Of a stretch of DNA of 64,000 bases, positions 29,415 to 41,529 are shown piece by piece. The notes beneath the pieces are model-generated. The model worked only from the letters and a program-made list of their open reading frames with translations, was not told where the DNA came from and searched no databases. The stretch is from Candidatus Bathyarchaeota archaeon. Lineage in GTDB: Archaea; Thermoproteota; Bathyarchaeia; Bathyarchaeales; Bathycorpusculaceae. How positions within the stretch are numbered: the first letter of the stretch is position 1; each line of letters starts with the position of its first letter. The DNA lies in the NCBI GenBank assembly GCA_963806535.1, contig CAWDYC010000009.1:32001-96000 (forward strand), given 5' to 3'. Position numbers and translations under genes: made by a program.

Positions 29415-31565
29415 TTAAGGAGAAAAGTATTTCGCAGAATCGTATATTTGAGCATTGCCATCATCGAATATTTTGTCGCTTGATTGTAATACTATGTTTA
29501 ATGTTAAATTTTGAATAGGGGCGTTTGTAGTCATAATTCGGCTAGCTGGAGCAAAGTCAGGATTCATTAATCTAACAGTTCCATTTTTAATATTTTCTTG
29601 GCCTAAGAAAATGTAGCAATTTGAGAGATCGTTAATTATTTGATTTTTTCCCTCAAAAGCAAGGAAGCTTCCTGTCATCATCATCAATAAGTGTGCACCA
29701 TTTAGATCTGCATACGTAGGCAAATATGCGTTACCATAAGTGCCAATCCAAATACTTGCCTGAACTTCGGTCTCAGTGAAATGTGGTTGCCAGGCATCAG
29801 TAAAAGAAATTGGAACATTAATTGGTTGATGCGCAATTTCATAAATAAGACCAGAATTAATTAAGAGAAAAACTAAAAGAAAGATGGCTAGAATCTTTGG
29901 CGATAGATCATGTGAATCGATCTTTGCTCCTCTGAAAAGCCTGTGAGTAAAATTAAGTATCTTATTTATTAATAGAAGACCACCTGTGGAAAAGTATAAT
30001 GATAGAAAAATTAGATTAAGATCATATAGCCGATCGGTGTTTATTGTTGAGGAAAAATAAGGAACCAACAAACCAGTTAAACTAATCGCGAAACTCCCAA
30101 GTGAAATGGCAAGAAACTCGCCGTTAATCTTGTTCTCACGTTTTTTCTGCCAGATTAAAACATAAACAATTCCAACTGAAATAAACACTACCGAAAGCAA
30201 GTTGATGAATTTTGTAAGCTCATGCAAAGGCACTGTCGTTGGTTTCGATAATAATAGCAAGCCTTGTGAGTATCCAGTGCATGAAAAGATTTGGAAAATA
30301 CTACTCGCCGTCGTCTTCCCGATAGTAACTAGATTCTGCAAAATTGAACCGCTTGAAAACGAATAAGCCCAAACTAGTGTAATGATAGCAAACAGCATTA
30401 CAAAAATCTCGTTGATTACTTTGCCACTAGTGTGTCTCACTTTGTTTTTTAGGAACAATGAGCTTACAAGTGAACCTACCGCTATGAGGAGAAAAATAGA
30501 CGAAAGCGCATAATGCGAAATAATTAAACCGACAGAAAAAACAATGGATAATGCAAGGCTAGTTCGGTCAAACTTGTTTCTAACGACTATTAAAAGAAGT
30601 AAAACAAGAAACATAGCCGCAATCTGGAAACGTGCCAAACCCAATGTTATTGTGTAAAATGTGGAGATGGCCATAAAGAGGAAAACGGAAAAAACAGCAT
30701 TTCTTGATCCAATCTGTCTTTTAACAACTTCGTACAATCCTAAAGGAACTAACGAAAATAGTGCTGTATAGAAAATTTTGAAAACCCAAGTTAAATCTAA
30801 TTTGCTTGCCTCTGCAAACAATGGGGCAAGTATCACTATTCCAGGCATTGCGTTGTAATTAATTGGTATAGCCGAATTCCAAAATGAGTTTTTCAACACC
30901 AGACTTGCAAAGTAGTATTCCCAAGAACTATCCCCCCACTCGACCAAATAGTTTGAAATTAAAGAATTATGAAACAATAGAGCAAGCGCAATTGTAACTA
31001 TCGCCAGTGGATACAAATTTTTGGGAATTTTTTTGAATCCGACAAGGACTGGAACAATCGAGATAAGAACAATCAACAGCATGAGAACAAAGTTGCTTTT
31101 GTAAACATTCATTATTAAAGCGCCAATGATACTTATCACGGGGAGAGATAACAAGAAAGAAATCATTTTCCAGTCAAATTTTGGAATTTTCAGGGATAGA
31201 AAGCTTTTTGAGGCTTTTTTCGCTTTCTCTCTGAAATAGACAAGGATACAAGAACCGAAAACAACAAATGTTAATACGCCAATAAAAGGAATTAAAGTCA
31301 GTGGTTTGGATATAATTGGGTATAATGAGTTTAAAATAATGCCAGTGAATAGCGCCGTAGCAATGCTCAAACCCACTGAAAATAGTATGATCTCAGTTTT
31401 GGTTAATTCCGAAAATTTTAAGGCTCTAAGAATTGACCGCCCAGGAATAAACGAAATGTAAACGAAAACTATAACTGGTCGGAGGATCGGAATGTCAAAG
31501 AAAATAGCTATCAAAGCAGCTATTTGAATGGCACTTATAGCTATTAAGAATTCTTTGGTTTCCAA
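29415..31565 (-). CDS. DUF2206-like multi-pass membrane protein of archaeal glycosylation clusters
   Basis: Many TM helices; 'GDSSWEYY', 'KIFYTALFSLVPLGLY', 'SHYA', 'DKIFDDG'. Confidence 0.7.
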   Translation of the reverse strand: METKEFLIAISAIQIAALIAIFFDIPILRPVIVFVYISFIPGRSILRALKFSELTKTEIILFSVGLSIATALFTGIILNSLYPIISKPLTLIPFIGVLTFVVFGSCILVYFREKAKKASKSFLSLKIPKFDWKMISFLLSLPVISIIGALIMNVYKSNFVLMLLIVLISIVPVLVGFKKIPKNLYPLAIVTIALALLFHNSLISNYLVEWGDSSWEYYFASLVLKNSFWNSAIPINYNAMPGIVILAPLFAEASKLDLTWVFKIFYTALFSLVPLGLYEVVKRQIGSRNAVFSVFLFMAISTFYTITLGLARFQIAAMFLVLLLLIVVRNKFDRTSLALSIVFSVGLIISHYALSSIFLLIAVGSLVSSLFLKNKVRHTSGKVINEIFVMLFAIITLVWAYSFSSGSILQNLVTIGKTTASSIFQIFSCTGYSQGLLLLSKPTTVPLHELTKFINLLSVVFISVGIVYVLIWQKKRENKINGEFLAISLGSFAISLTGLLVPYFSSTINTDRLYDLNLIFLSLYFSTGGLLLINKILNFTHRLFRGAKIDSHDLSPKILAIFLLVFLLINSGLIYEIAHQPINVPISFTDAWQPHFTETEVQASIWIGTYGNAYLPTYADLNGAHLLMMMTGSFLAFEGKNQIINDLSNCYIFLGQENIKNGTVRLMNPDFAPASRIMTTNAPIQNLTLNIVLQSSDKIFDDGNAQIYDSAKYFSP

Positions 31566-31603
31566 GTCATCACTTACAATTTTGGTTTTTGTTCTTCAAA
31601 GTT

Positions 31604-32545
31604 TCAGGAAGAAAATAGAAAAACATAAGCCAGAAGTTTTGCGGCCAGAAAGTTTATGAGTGAAACTTTTACGCGTCTTGTTTTATGTGATACACTGTTA
31701 GATCCTTTCAGGACCGGTTCTTTTTGCAGAATAAGCACTCCACGCAAGTATTTAATTGCAACGTCAATCATTAGTTTAAGGTCATACAGGGTTAAACTCT
31801 TTAGAAGTTGTAAACCATAAAAATGTCTTGCAACGAATTTCACGCGACTCTTTTGTGCGAGGTAACTATGTTTCAAAGAGTTTTTTCCGAAGGATACCGA
31901 CCCGAAATGATACACAATAGCCCTTGGTGCAATTATGATTTTGTAGCCTGCTTCTTTCACTCTGAAACAAAGGTCAGTATCCTCGTAGTAAGTGTAGGCG
32001 GGATCTAAAAGTCCTATTTTTTCCATTATTGGTCGTTTTATTGCCAATGCAGTTCCAGCAACGTAATCTACTTCATCGATTTCATCATACTGACCATTAT
32101 CTTCCTCTGTTCCACCTATAGGAAGAGTGTAACCAGCAGGGTGAACATTAAATCCAATACTTTGAATTATTTTTGTGTTAGGATAATATATTTTACAGCC
32201 TACAACACCTACTTCATTGCTTTCCATAGCCTTCATAATTTCTTCCAACCAATTCTTATCAACGTAAGTATCTTGATTTAGAAGCACAATAATATCACCC
32301 TTAGACTTCTCAGCCGCAAAATTATTGCCCAAGCTAAAACCAAGATTTACGCTACTTTCTATCAAGGTTACACTCGGGAAAATATCTTTAACCAGTTGTT
32401 GACTTCCATCGTTGCTTTTGTTATCAAAGACTATGACTTCCAGTAAAGGATAACTTGTTTTCAGCACACTATTTAGGCATTCTCGAACATATTCCTTGCC
32501 ATTATAACTTAAGATAATTATCGAAATGAGTGGGAATCTCTTCAT
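31604..32545 (-). CDS. Glycosyltransferase family 2
   Basis: SIIILSYNG, DNKSND, NLGFSLGNN, LNQD, YYEDTDLCFR. Confidence 0.9.
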   Translation of the reverse strand: MKRFPLISIIILSYNGKEYVRECLNSVLKTSYPLLEVIVFDNKSNDGSQQLVKDIFPSVTLIESSVNLGFSLGNNFAAEKSKGDIIVLLNQDTYVDKNWLEEIMKAMESNEVGVVGCKIYYPNTKIIQSIGFNVHPAGYTLPIGGTEEDNGQYDEIDEVDYVAGTALAIKRPIMEKIGLLDPAYTYYEDTDLCFRVKEAGYKIIIAPRAIVYHFGSVSFGKNSLKHSYLAQKSRVKFVARHFYGLQLLKSLTLYDLKLMIDVAIKYLRGVLILQKEPVLKGSNSVSHKTRRVKVSLINFLAAKLLAYVFLFSS

Positions 32546-33315
32546 ATTATCCGCCTTTTGTTAGTTTTTTAGACTTTCTTAGGATACTCATAGGATTATT
32601 TAATGAGAACTTTAAGGTAAGCTCTTATATTTCCAATTTAATGTGCCGAAAAATTTTCCCAGTTTTTGAAATAATCTTAATTTCCGGATTCTGAAATCGG
32701 CTGCTTCGACGCTTCAAAAACAATCATTTGTTTAAGGAAGCTAAGAAATTCGATTTTGTCAAGTAACTTTCTCGAATAATATCCAAACAGGGACAAAACA
32801 ATGCAATATTTTTGAATTTGGACTATTGATTCTCCATTCGCTGTCTAATGGCGTATCTGGGTACATCAAAATGTTTGGAGTTAACATAGTTTTCTTGAAC
32901 AAACGAACGATATACCATGGAGTCAGTCTTGAATGCCTTTGGTAATGCACTCCCACATACTTGACAAAAGGTTTGGCTTGGAATGCTGGACATTGTATCC
33001 AGAAATATCAGTGGGTTTAATTGATTAGTTGTACAACCAAAAAACATTCTACAACATATCGATAATCAACAAATTTGTAGGACGAAAAGTGTCTATAATG
33101 AGCGAATTTCCGTCCATTAATTTATATCTAGCATCTTCTATATTACTCCGTGACAGCATATTGATAAATATTTTCATAAAAAATTTATGTTACAAATATT
33201 GGATTATTTTCAAGAATTTTATGTTAATGCATACCTTTGTTAATATTCAATCTGAATTCTCATTTTTCGCGTTATTTCTTGGCAAAAATGATTAGTTCTT
33301 GCGAATGCTAGTTTT

Positions 33316-34542
33316 CTAATTATTGGTTTGTGCGTTAAATATTGCATGTTCATAAACTTTCTCAATTTTCGAAACTATTTTATCCCAATCATAGTTTTTG
33401 AAAATAAACGTACGACCTCTTGTGCCCATTTCTTTCTGCAATTTTTCATCTTCCAACAAAAAGTGCAAGGTGTTCGAAAGTTCTTCAACATCTGAATGTT
33501 TTACTGCAAAACCGAATTTTCCTTCCAAAATTATTTTGCTAATTGCGTTGTCTTTGCTAACTATTACGGGAGTTGAGCAAGCTGCAGCTTCAAGAGGCAC
33601 TAACCCAAACACATTTCTTGGCTCAACATTAACGACAACAGACGAATCTACAAAGGCTGAAATCTTTTCCTTTTTTGACAGCCCTCCTGTCAGAAGCACT
33701 TTATCTGCAAGTCTAAATGCATTAACTAGATTTTTCAATTCATCTAAATACCCATCGTCTTTTCCGGAGATGACAAGCAAAGTATCACGAAAATCTTCTT
33801 TTCCGCAAATAGTAGCAAACGCATTAATCAAAAAATCGATACCCTTGCTTTTGGTTATTCTACCAATATACAAAATCAATTTTTTGTTAATCGGGATGCT
33901 ATATTTTTGTTTGAATACACCCTTAGATGGCAAATTAAAATAATCGGATAAATCAACTCCATTAGGAATAATTTCAATTGCTTTGCTGTCTACCCCTAAA
34001 TCAAGGTATTGTTTAGCTTCTAAAGAGCTTAAAGCGATAACCTTTGAAGAATTTTTAATTACTTTACGCGCGAAACTCCAGTCTAAGATGCCTTTTGAAA
34101 CAATTCTTGTCGTTTCGTCACTAGTCTTAACAAAAGATCCGTGAGCGTGGACAACGTAAGGAATACCAAATTTTTTAGCGAAATAACTGATTATTATTCC
34201 TTGAAATGATCGAGGATCATGAATGTGTATTATGTCATAGTTCTTAAGAGATTTTATGGTGGAAGATATTACGGTTGGGGTAACAAAAAAAGTGTAATAA
34301 TGAAATAAATAGGGAAAATAGTATACTTTCAAACCATCAATAAATAACGACTTGCGAAAACCTATTTTAGTAACTGGAGCATTAACTGCGGCTTCGTGTT
34401 CCAAAACGTAAGAAGTATATACATCTACAGTGTGCCCACGCTTTACTAGTTGATTGCCTATATTGTAAACAACTTGGGTTACACCTCCTCCGAAAGAAGA
34501 AGGATCCGGAGGGAATAATGGGCATACATGTAACACTCTCAT
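33316..34542 (-). CDS. Glycosyltransferase family 4
   Basis: GGGVTQ, IPNGVD, GRITKSKG, FGLVPLEAAAC. Confidence 0.9.
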   Translation of the reverse strand: MRVLHVCPLFPPDPSSFGGGVTQVVYNIGNQLVKRGHTVDVYTSYVLEHEAAVNAPVTKIGFRKSLFIDGLKVYYFPYLFHYYTFFVTPTVISSTIKSLKNYDIIHIHDPRSFQGIIISYFAKKFGIPYVVHAHGSFVKTSDETTRIVSKGILDWSFARKVIKNSSKVIALSSLEAKQYLDLGVDSKAIEIIPNGVDLSDYFNLPSKGVFKQKYSIPINKKLILYIGRITKSKGIDFLINAFATICGKEDFRDTLLVISGKDDGYLDELKNLVNAFRLADKVLLTGGLSKKEKISAFVDSSVVVNVEPRNVFGLVPLEAAACSTPVIVSKDNAISKIILEGKFGFAVKHSDVEELSNTLHFLLEDEKLQKEMGTRGRTFIFKNYDWDKIVSKIEKVYEHAIFNAQTNN

Positions 34543-34571
34543 TTTACAACGCACATCCGAGAAATATTGAA

Positions 34572-36059
34572 TCATAAGATTGTAAATGCTTGATTAAACT
34601 CGTGAATTACCTTTTTGCTTTGAAGTTCTGCGGGAGCTTAAAATGCATATTAGGGAGTTCATCGAAACTCAACTGTCTGTTTTGTCCATCCTCGGAAAAT
34701 ATTATTGATACATCATCGAAATTATTGGATGCATCCTAATAGAGGTATGGAACATAACTTTCAATTCCCATAGCTTGGCCCCAACCTTGTCTACCAGTAA
34801 AGGGTCCATACTACAAATGATAGTTCCACAATGTTTTTGATTGGGAGCTAACGGACCATCCCCTTCGCCACCAAGAATACCGTCAACAACTGCAAAGACT
34901 TTCCGTTGAGGCACATCTCGAATGTTACCAGCACTATCAGCGTAAATAGAGATTTTACTTACATCTTGAACGGCACGCCAAATGGATTATTTCCATACCA
35001 ATGACCGCTGTGTATTAAATTTGGTTTACTTGAAATAGGTACTGCACCGCCCAAATTACGTTGACCGCCACACGACTTAACAAATAGTCTATACGAGTTA
35101 GTTCCTGTATTGCGGCTTAGTAACAGATCTTCATACATTCGGTTGAACCTTCGAAGAAAAAAATCTTTTGTTTTGGCTTTGTCAGGAAACTCGTCGCCTC
35201 CTCTCGGAGGCGGGCCAACTCTGTAATGCACAAGTGAATTTTTTGCACCTATTATTCCCACCATGTTTTTTTGGGCTAATGTAATGCCTGATTTCATATG
35301 TGTTTTAAGTTTGGGTATACTAATTATTACATCCGATTCTAAAACTGTTTTTGATATTACGTATATATGATGATTTTCATTATGATAAATTTTTGTTTCC
35401 TGTCTATTATAATGAGCTCCATAGAATTTATCGCAATAAGTATCCAGTTCAGCTACTTTGCTGCCTTTTCCAAGATCTACTTCAGCATCCCTTTAGAATC
35501 CCCTGCCAAAGGCGTTTTTGCCATAACGACTCCATTAGTGAGAGCAACTTTATATTTTCGTAGATCCCTTAACTCGATAGGAACTGAAAATTTGTTAACT
35601 ATATAGTCTACTAATTCCTGCAGACCAGTCAAATTTGTTATTGTTGCAAAATTTGCTTCGCTCTGCGGGGTGTCAGCAACGACAATTTTACCTGATTCAC
35701 CAGTGGCTTTGAAAACATAGTCAATCATTGCTCTTACGATGGATGCGTGTACTATCACTGCGAAAATTGATTCGCCAGAATTGTTCTTATCATAAACCAA
35801 ATTAGGTTTAATGAGAACTTTATCGCCTTTATTTATTAACTTTGATAAAGGTGACTAATTCGCGATGCCATAGTTTTTCAAATCTAGTATTTAAAAGCCT
35901 GAGCGAATTTCTGATAGCAGAATAAACCAAATTATTATCATCAAATTTATCCGCGAATGGAGATTCAGGATATTTTTTCGGTGGATTAAAAGGTATTTGA
36001 TTTGGGTAATGCAACTTTCTATCTTTGAAAATCGCAATTGAATTTGTCGCTTTTTCCAT
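34572..36059 (-). CDS. DUF362-domain protein, several frameshifts
   Basis: Fragments join as VLIKPNLV, ADTPQ, IPKLKTHMKSGITLAQKN, DGILGGEGDGP. Confidence 0.7.
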
Positions 36060-36110
36060 TCAATACCCTCCTATCTTGGTTTCTAGACACTTTATTAAGT
36101 GAACTGTTGG

Positions 36111-37199
36111 TCATAATGTGTCTAAATAATTAAGTAATCTTGAACTGAGCAATAATTCGTTCGATAAACTCCCTTTAAATAATGATACCCAATTCAATTT
36201 AATTAAGAGAAGAACTTTTTTAATTACTGCAGAATTAATCACTATATTGTTAGTTTCTACAGTGTCATACGCAAAATTTGTCCTAAAAATTAGTTGCATT
36301 TGATAATTTTTATCCATATAAATTGGAATTAATGAATAAGAAAGTTGACCATCCTCCCGTATTTTGATTTGTATTATAGCTGAAAGCTTCGTAAGGCTAA
36401 ACAACTTTGCAGGCATTTTTAGAGGGTACAACATTGGATCAAATATGAAATTGCCCAAGCTGTACGCAATTATTTTATTTCGATAAATTTCTACAGGTTG
36501 CAAAACGTGAGGATGATGTCCTATGATGATATCAGCTCCACGGTCAATAGAAAACCGAGCTATTGATTTCTGGAAGTGAGTGGGAATCGAAGAAAATTCG
36601 CGGCCGAAGTGAAGGGAAACAATAACTGTATCAGCTTGTTTTTTCAAGGAAACAATATCTTGTTTTAATAGAAATTTCCAAATTGGTGCGCACCCACATT
36701 CTTTTCTAGTTGCCTCATACGTGAACGAATAAGCTAAAAAGCCTAATTTTCTTGACTTAATATTTAGTAGAACAGGTTTTCTAGCTATCGATAAATTTTC
36801 TCCGGCGCCGACATAATAAAGTCCAGAGTTAGTCAGAATTTCTCTTGTCTCAGCCAAACCCTGTCGTCCATAGTCAATAATGTGGTTATTAGCCAGAGAA
36901 ACGATATCCATTGGCATTTTTTTTAGTAAAGATGCAGTCTTCAATTCCGATTTAAGAAATACCCTTTTTCCGTTTGAATCGTCAAAAAGTTTTGAATAAT
37001 GACAATTATTCTTTTGAATTGAAGAAGTTATAGGGGTTTCGAGGTTTCCAAATCTTAAATCGGCTTTCGATAGAATTGAACTAACATTTTCAAGCGGATG
37101 TTTAGGTCGCAAAAAGCAATCACATATTCTCTTTGTAAGTGCAATATCGCCGACTGCCATAATTGTCAGTTCTGTCAATTTCATCGCCTTTGAAAACAA
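36111..37199 (-). CDS. CapA/PgsA-family metallophosphoesterase
   Basis: AVGD, GNLE, SLANNH, SLHFGRE, GHHPHV, YSLGNF. Confidence 0.88.
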   Translation of the reverse strand: MFSKAMKLTELTIMAVGDIALTKRICDCFLRPKHPLENVSSILSKADLRFGNLETPITSSIQKNNCHYSKLFDDSNGKRVFLKSELKTASLLKKMPMDIVSLANNHIIDYGRQGLAETREILTNSGLYYVGAGENLSIARKPVLLNIKSRKLGFLAYSFTYEATRKECGCAPIWKFLLKQDIVSLKKQADTVIVSLHFGREFSSIPTHFQKSIARFSIDRGADIIIGHHPHVLQPVEIYRNKIIAYSLGNFIFDPMLYPLKMPAKLFSLTKLSAIIQIKIREDGQLSYSLIPIYMDKNYQMQLIFRTNFAYDTVETNNIVINSAVIKKVLLLIKLNWVSLFKGSLSNELLLSSRLLNYLDTL

Positions 37200-37263
37200 T
37201 ACTATTAAGATTATTATTTAGATGGGGTTTAATTCAATTAAAGTTAATTTTTAGAGCACTATT

Positions 37264-38655
37264 TTATTTTCCGAGAGATGCCCACCACTCTGAAAGATCT
37301 AGTTTCTGGATAAGAAGTTTGGTTTTTCCCATAGGCGTCAACTCAATTTCCGAATCACAATCTATACTTATATCCAATTCGTTTCCTACCTTACTTTTGA
37401 AAGTCTTCATTATTCTTTGCTTGTCCTCTGAAACAAACGAGGGTCCAGGTTTGATCTTTATAACGAAGCCCCCAACGTGATCTTGGTAAAACTGATAATC
37501 GTAAAGCTTGTCCAGTTCTTCGGTGTGAATATTTAGAGCAGCCAATGAAATTAATGAACCGCGTTTTCCCACAACCATTTCTTGAAGCCTGCGTCCACTA
37601 ACACTTTCCAAAATAGTGCAATGTCTTCCACAAATGCATTTTTGATCTCTTGACAATGTAGCGTAATCGTCCGTACGATATCTAATTAAGGGCATTGCGA
37701 AATTGTAAAAACCAGTTCCAACCAGTTCGCCTGCCTCACCACTTTCCTCCATAACGCTACCGTCTTTTCCAATTAACTCCGTAAAGCCGTACTGAGGAAA
37801 GATATGATATCTTTTTGAATGCTCACATTCTCCACCTAGTATAACTTTCTCGCTTTGACCGTACCAGGAAAAAGCCCTTGCATGAAACGCTTTTTCTATT
37901 AACTCCGATTGCCGAAAATATACCTTTTCTGAACATAATAAAATGGCTTTAATCGAAGGCAAATTTATCTCGTTGTTTTCTAAAATATACTTTGAGATGA
38001 TTGTTATTGCGGAAGGATAACCGTATACAAACTTTGGTTTCCACTTTCGAATTCGCTCTAGGTAAAGAGGCAGGGTTTGAGTATTCATCTGAAATGGTGA
38101 CATCGCCAATGCATTGAAAACGGGCTCATATCTCCAGAATTGATTTCCAAAACGGTTGCTTCCGCCTTTGAAAGCAACTATTCTATCTCCAAGTTCATAA
38201 CCAACTCGTTGCCATAACGATGTTATATACGCCCACTCTATTGCATAAAGAGAATTGCTAACATAGAAGCGCAATTGTTTGCCCGAAGAACCGCCTGTTG
38301 AATCAACATAGGCGTTACGAAAGTGAATGTTCGCAGACACTAACTTCGAAAAGTTTTCTAAAACATCAGCTTTTTCTAGAAGTGGAAATCTCTTGATGTC
38401 ATTGAACGCTTCGCCCTGCAACTTTATGTTTTTGTATAGAGGTATGTTTTTGACGGCATAAGAGAGTATGTCATTGAGGGCGTGTTTTTGGTATTTTTGT
38501 AATCGCTGGCTATTCCATTTTTCGCTTTCAAGAATAAAATTCGCGGTATCGGAAAATTTTTTCCCTCCTAACCTATATTTTATTGGAACAGCATTCATCA
38601 GTCTCAGTATATTAGACGGCAAATGATAATAGGTTCGCTTAAGTTGACTGAACAT
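37264..38655 (-). CDS. CapK/phenylacetate-CoA ligase-like adenylating enzyme
   Basis: TGGSSG, YGYPS, YGQSE, MPLIRYRTDD. Confidence 0.85.
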   Translation of the reverse strand: MFSQLKRTYYHLPSNILRLMNAVPIKYRLGGKKFSDTANFILESEKWNSQRLQKYQKHALNDILSYAVKNIPLYKNIKLQGEAFNDIKRFPLLEKADVLENFSKLVSANIHFRNAYVDSTGGSSGKQLRFYVSNSLYAIEWAYITSLWQRVGYELGDRIVAFKGGSNRFGNQFWRYEPVFNALAMSPFQMNTQTLPLYLERIRKWKPKFVYGYPSAITIISKYILENNEINLPSIKAILLCSEKVYFRQSELIEKAFHARAFSWYGQSEKVILGGECEHSKRYHIFPQYGFTELIGKDGSVMEESGEAGELVGTGFYNFAMPLIRYRTDDYATLSRDQKCICGRHCTILESVSGRRLQEMVVGKRGSLISLAALNIHTEELDKLYDYQFYQDHVGGFVIKIKPGPSFVSEDKQRIMKTFKSKVGNELDISIDCDSEIELTPMGKTKLLIQKLDLSEWWASLGK

Positions 38656-38736
38656 TTTGACACACCTACGACTTCTTTTTAGAAGATTAGTAAAAATTTT
38701 TGGCGCTGATTCTTTAGCGCCTATTTTTAGAATAAA

Positions 38737-39778
38737 TCAGTTTTTAGGTAGCTTTTTGACAATTTCGTTGAGAACTCTGACGGTTTCTCTTCCTTCTTCA
38801 GGGGTTACTGGTACTGGAAGGTTATCAACGATGCTTTCAACAAACCTCTGAACCATGATATCGTGACCAAGCATTGGCTTTCGCGCCAGCATTCTAACTG
38901 CATTTGACGAAACACCTCTGATGGTTTGACTAGCCGTACCCAATGGAAGAGGCTGCGACGGCTGTTGGTTTCAATTCTCTGTTTTTTCCTTGCGTAACAA
39001 TCATGCTTAGCAAGTCGATTTTGACTGCGTTATCTGTTCCAAAAATATTAACTTCCTCTTTTGCAACACTGTTAGCATGTGAGACACAAATAGTACTATC
39101 AATATTTTCGCCCACAAGGTTTATTCTGTAATCGTCATATAAAACCCAGGGGTAATCTGATGTTTTTCTAGCGGAAACGTAAATCTCTTTCACGTTTTTT
39201 ACAAAAGCTAATGAAAGGTAAATAATATGGGGACCAGTTTCACCTATTATTCCACCTGGCAGTTTGTGGATCCAGTGTTTTTCGTGAACTATATATTCCT
39301 CTCTTGGTGTAAGGAGGGTTATTGTCATACCCGTCAGTTTTCCGATGTTACCCTCTTCTACAAGTTTTTGTACTTCCAGAAATGGTGGGTAAAACATTTG
39401 ATTGTGTACAATACTAAGTTTCTTCCCTGAACGTTTTGCGGCTTCAATCATTTCGTCACAATCTGAAACGCTAAGAGCCATTGGTTTCTCCATTAGAACA
39501 TTACAGCCAGCGTCCAATGCTTGAACCGCAACTGACACGTGTGCCGCTGGAGGAGTACAAATATCCACAATACTCAAGTTTTCATTGGATAACATTTCGG
39601 AAACGCTTGAATATGATTTTGGAATAGAAAATTGTTGAGCCACAGTGTCGGCCAATGTCTTGTTCAGATCACAGACCGCTACAATTTTTGCCTGTTTTGA
39701 TATTCTATGGAAACTTGGGATATGTCTTTTTTGAGATACGAATCCGCATCCTACTATTCCAATTCTGAGTTGGTTCAT
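38737..39778 (-). CDS. Gfo/Idh/MocA oxidoreductase, frameshift at ~38940
   Basis: IGIVGCG, DICTPP, EKPMA. Confidence 0.85.
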
Positions 39779-39984
39779 CAATAATTTCTCCAATGTGACG
39801 TTAATATTTTTAACTTTACTTTTGATTGAATTCTTAAACTTTATTGCTATTGTATACATAATGTCGAAAGGGTATTTCTCCGAGCCCAGATACGCTTCAA
39901 GACCTTGATCAAAATGTCAACAAATCTAGGCCCGAAGCGCAAAACAAGAACTCAAGGAATTTGAGATAAGAACTGGAATTAGAT

Positions 39985-41163
39985 TTATTGAACACTTTTT
40001 ATGGCGTCAATTATTTCTTTTGCTCTATGTTTAAAAGTGTGTTCTTTGAGCACTCTTTGCCTTGCTGCTGTACCTAGCCGAATTCTCAATTCCTCGTCCG
40101 CCAAAAGCGAACTGTATAATTCTGAAAGATCTTCATCTTCTTTCGCCATCAGAACTTCTTTGCCTACGTCAAACCATTCATCTATGCCGTTATATGGATT
40201 TGATACTACACAGCAGCCCATGCTTGCTAACTCAAAGATTCTAGATATTGCTGAAGCATATACGGTAGCATGCGGTTTTCGTACAATATTGAGGTTTATT
40301 TTCGTCTGGCATGAAAAGCGTCGGTAGGTGGATTTGCTCGCGTCTATAACGCGAACTGAACCTAAATTCATGTTGAAGGCACGGCCGCAAATTGCAAATT
40401 TGCCCTCTCCAGATTTACCAAATTTTTCTGCAGGATTTACAAGTAGCCGAGTAATCCATTCTTCTCTTAGCTTACTTCCGATACCGTAAAATCCAGCATT
40501 GTATTTTGGTTTTATTGCGTCCATTGGACAAAATACACTTGGGTCCGCACCCCAGTAAACTGTGAATACCTTGTTGGCGCCTAGTGCTTCTATTTCTTTC
40601 GCTGCACCTTTGGAATTAATTATGAACGCATCATACTCTGAAGGATCAGCATTATTATAGAAACTGAATGAAAGCCCACCGTATGAGGGCAAACTTGTTG
40701 GAGTATCCCCATCATAGAATAAAATAGGAATGTCAAATTCCTTTTTGATTATTGACGGAACGCCTGCAAATTGGTTGAGGGGCACAGTCAAAACAAGTAC
40801 AGCATCGACATTACCTTCTTTTTCAATTACAGAACTCAAATATTTAGTCCATTTCTTTGCAACAGTTTTCTTCGCCAAGAAACGAAGAAGTTTCTGGTTC
40901 TTCTGTCGGAAATCCATCTTGTTTTTTGCCAACCCAAATTTAGTTGCAAAGTTTTCCACATTGTTGTAGAGCCGATTTTTCCAAAGGTTAGGGTTTTCGT
41001 GGGTTGTCCACCACAATGACTGAATAGCTCTGTTGTAATATGGGACTGCTACGATTTCAGCGCCAACTTCATGTAACCCTTTAAGAATTTGCCACCACGC
41101 GGGGGTAATTCCTAATTCCTTATCTGAGATATCTAAGCTTTGACAAACAGCTAATATTTTCAA
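39985..41163 (-). CDS. CgeB-like glycosyltransferase
   Basis: KINLNI, SRIFELASMG, VLKEHTFKHRA. Confidence 0.8.
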   Translation of the reverse strand: MKILAVCQSLDISDKELGITPAWWQILKGLHEVGAEIVAVPYYNRAIQSLWWTTHENPNLWKNRLYNNVENFATKFGLAKNKMDFRQKNQKLLRFLAKKTVAKKWTKYLSSVIEKEGNVDAVLVLTVPLNQFAGVPSIIKKEFDIPILFYDGDTPTSLPSYGGLSFSFYNNADPSEYDAFIINSKGAAKEIEALGANKVFTVYWGADPSVFCPMDAIKPKYNAGFYGIGSKLREEWITRLLVNPAEKFGKSGEGKFAICGRAFNMNLGSVRVIDASKSTYRRFSCQTKINLNIVRKPHATVYASAISRIFELASMGCCVVSNPYNGIDEWFDVGKEVLMAKEDEDLSELYSSLLADEELRIRLGTAARQRVLKEHTFKHRAKEIIDAIKSVQ

Positions 41164-41529
41164 TATTTAATTTCCCCTAATCGCAGATTTCTTGAAAAAC
41201 CTTTCTTCCATTAAGCGAGGTTTTCGTTAAGCTATCACAATTAATGTCTGTGTCTTGCAAACGATTGCCATTATTTGATAAAATAAGAATTCGTTGAAGA
41301 TTTATGTTCGTAGTCGAAGTTTCCCTAATTGTTGTTACTTAATGACAGCCACGAACATCTAAAAGCGAAATCTTCGATTATTTAACACAAAGGCAACAAG
41401 GTAAAGTTAAGTAAATTTCGAGGTTTTACTATCATTTAGCAACAAATACAAGCTTTTGATAAAGAACTAGGTGACAAAAACGAAAAAGAAAGAAAAATAT
41501 TCTTGTTTATACAATACGGGCGATATTGA

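Noticed and set aside
32548-33300. Fragmented minus-strand coding-like region between GT2 and GT4 (includes CQVCG)
   Set aside because: Probably a broken gene, but I could not reconstruct or assign it.
36111-37199. Poly-gamma-glutamate capsule operon
   Set aside because: Only a CapA-like esterase is present; there is no CapB/CapC synthetase.
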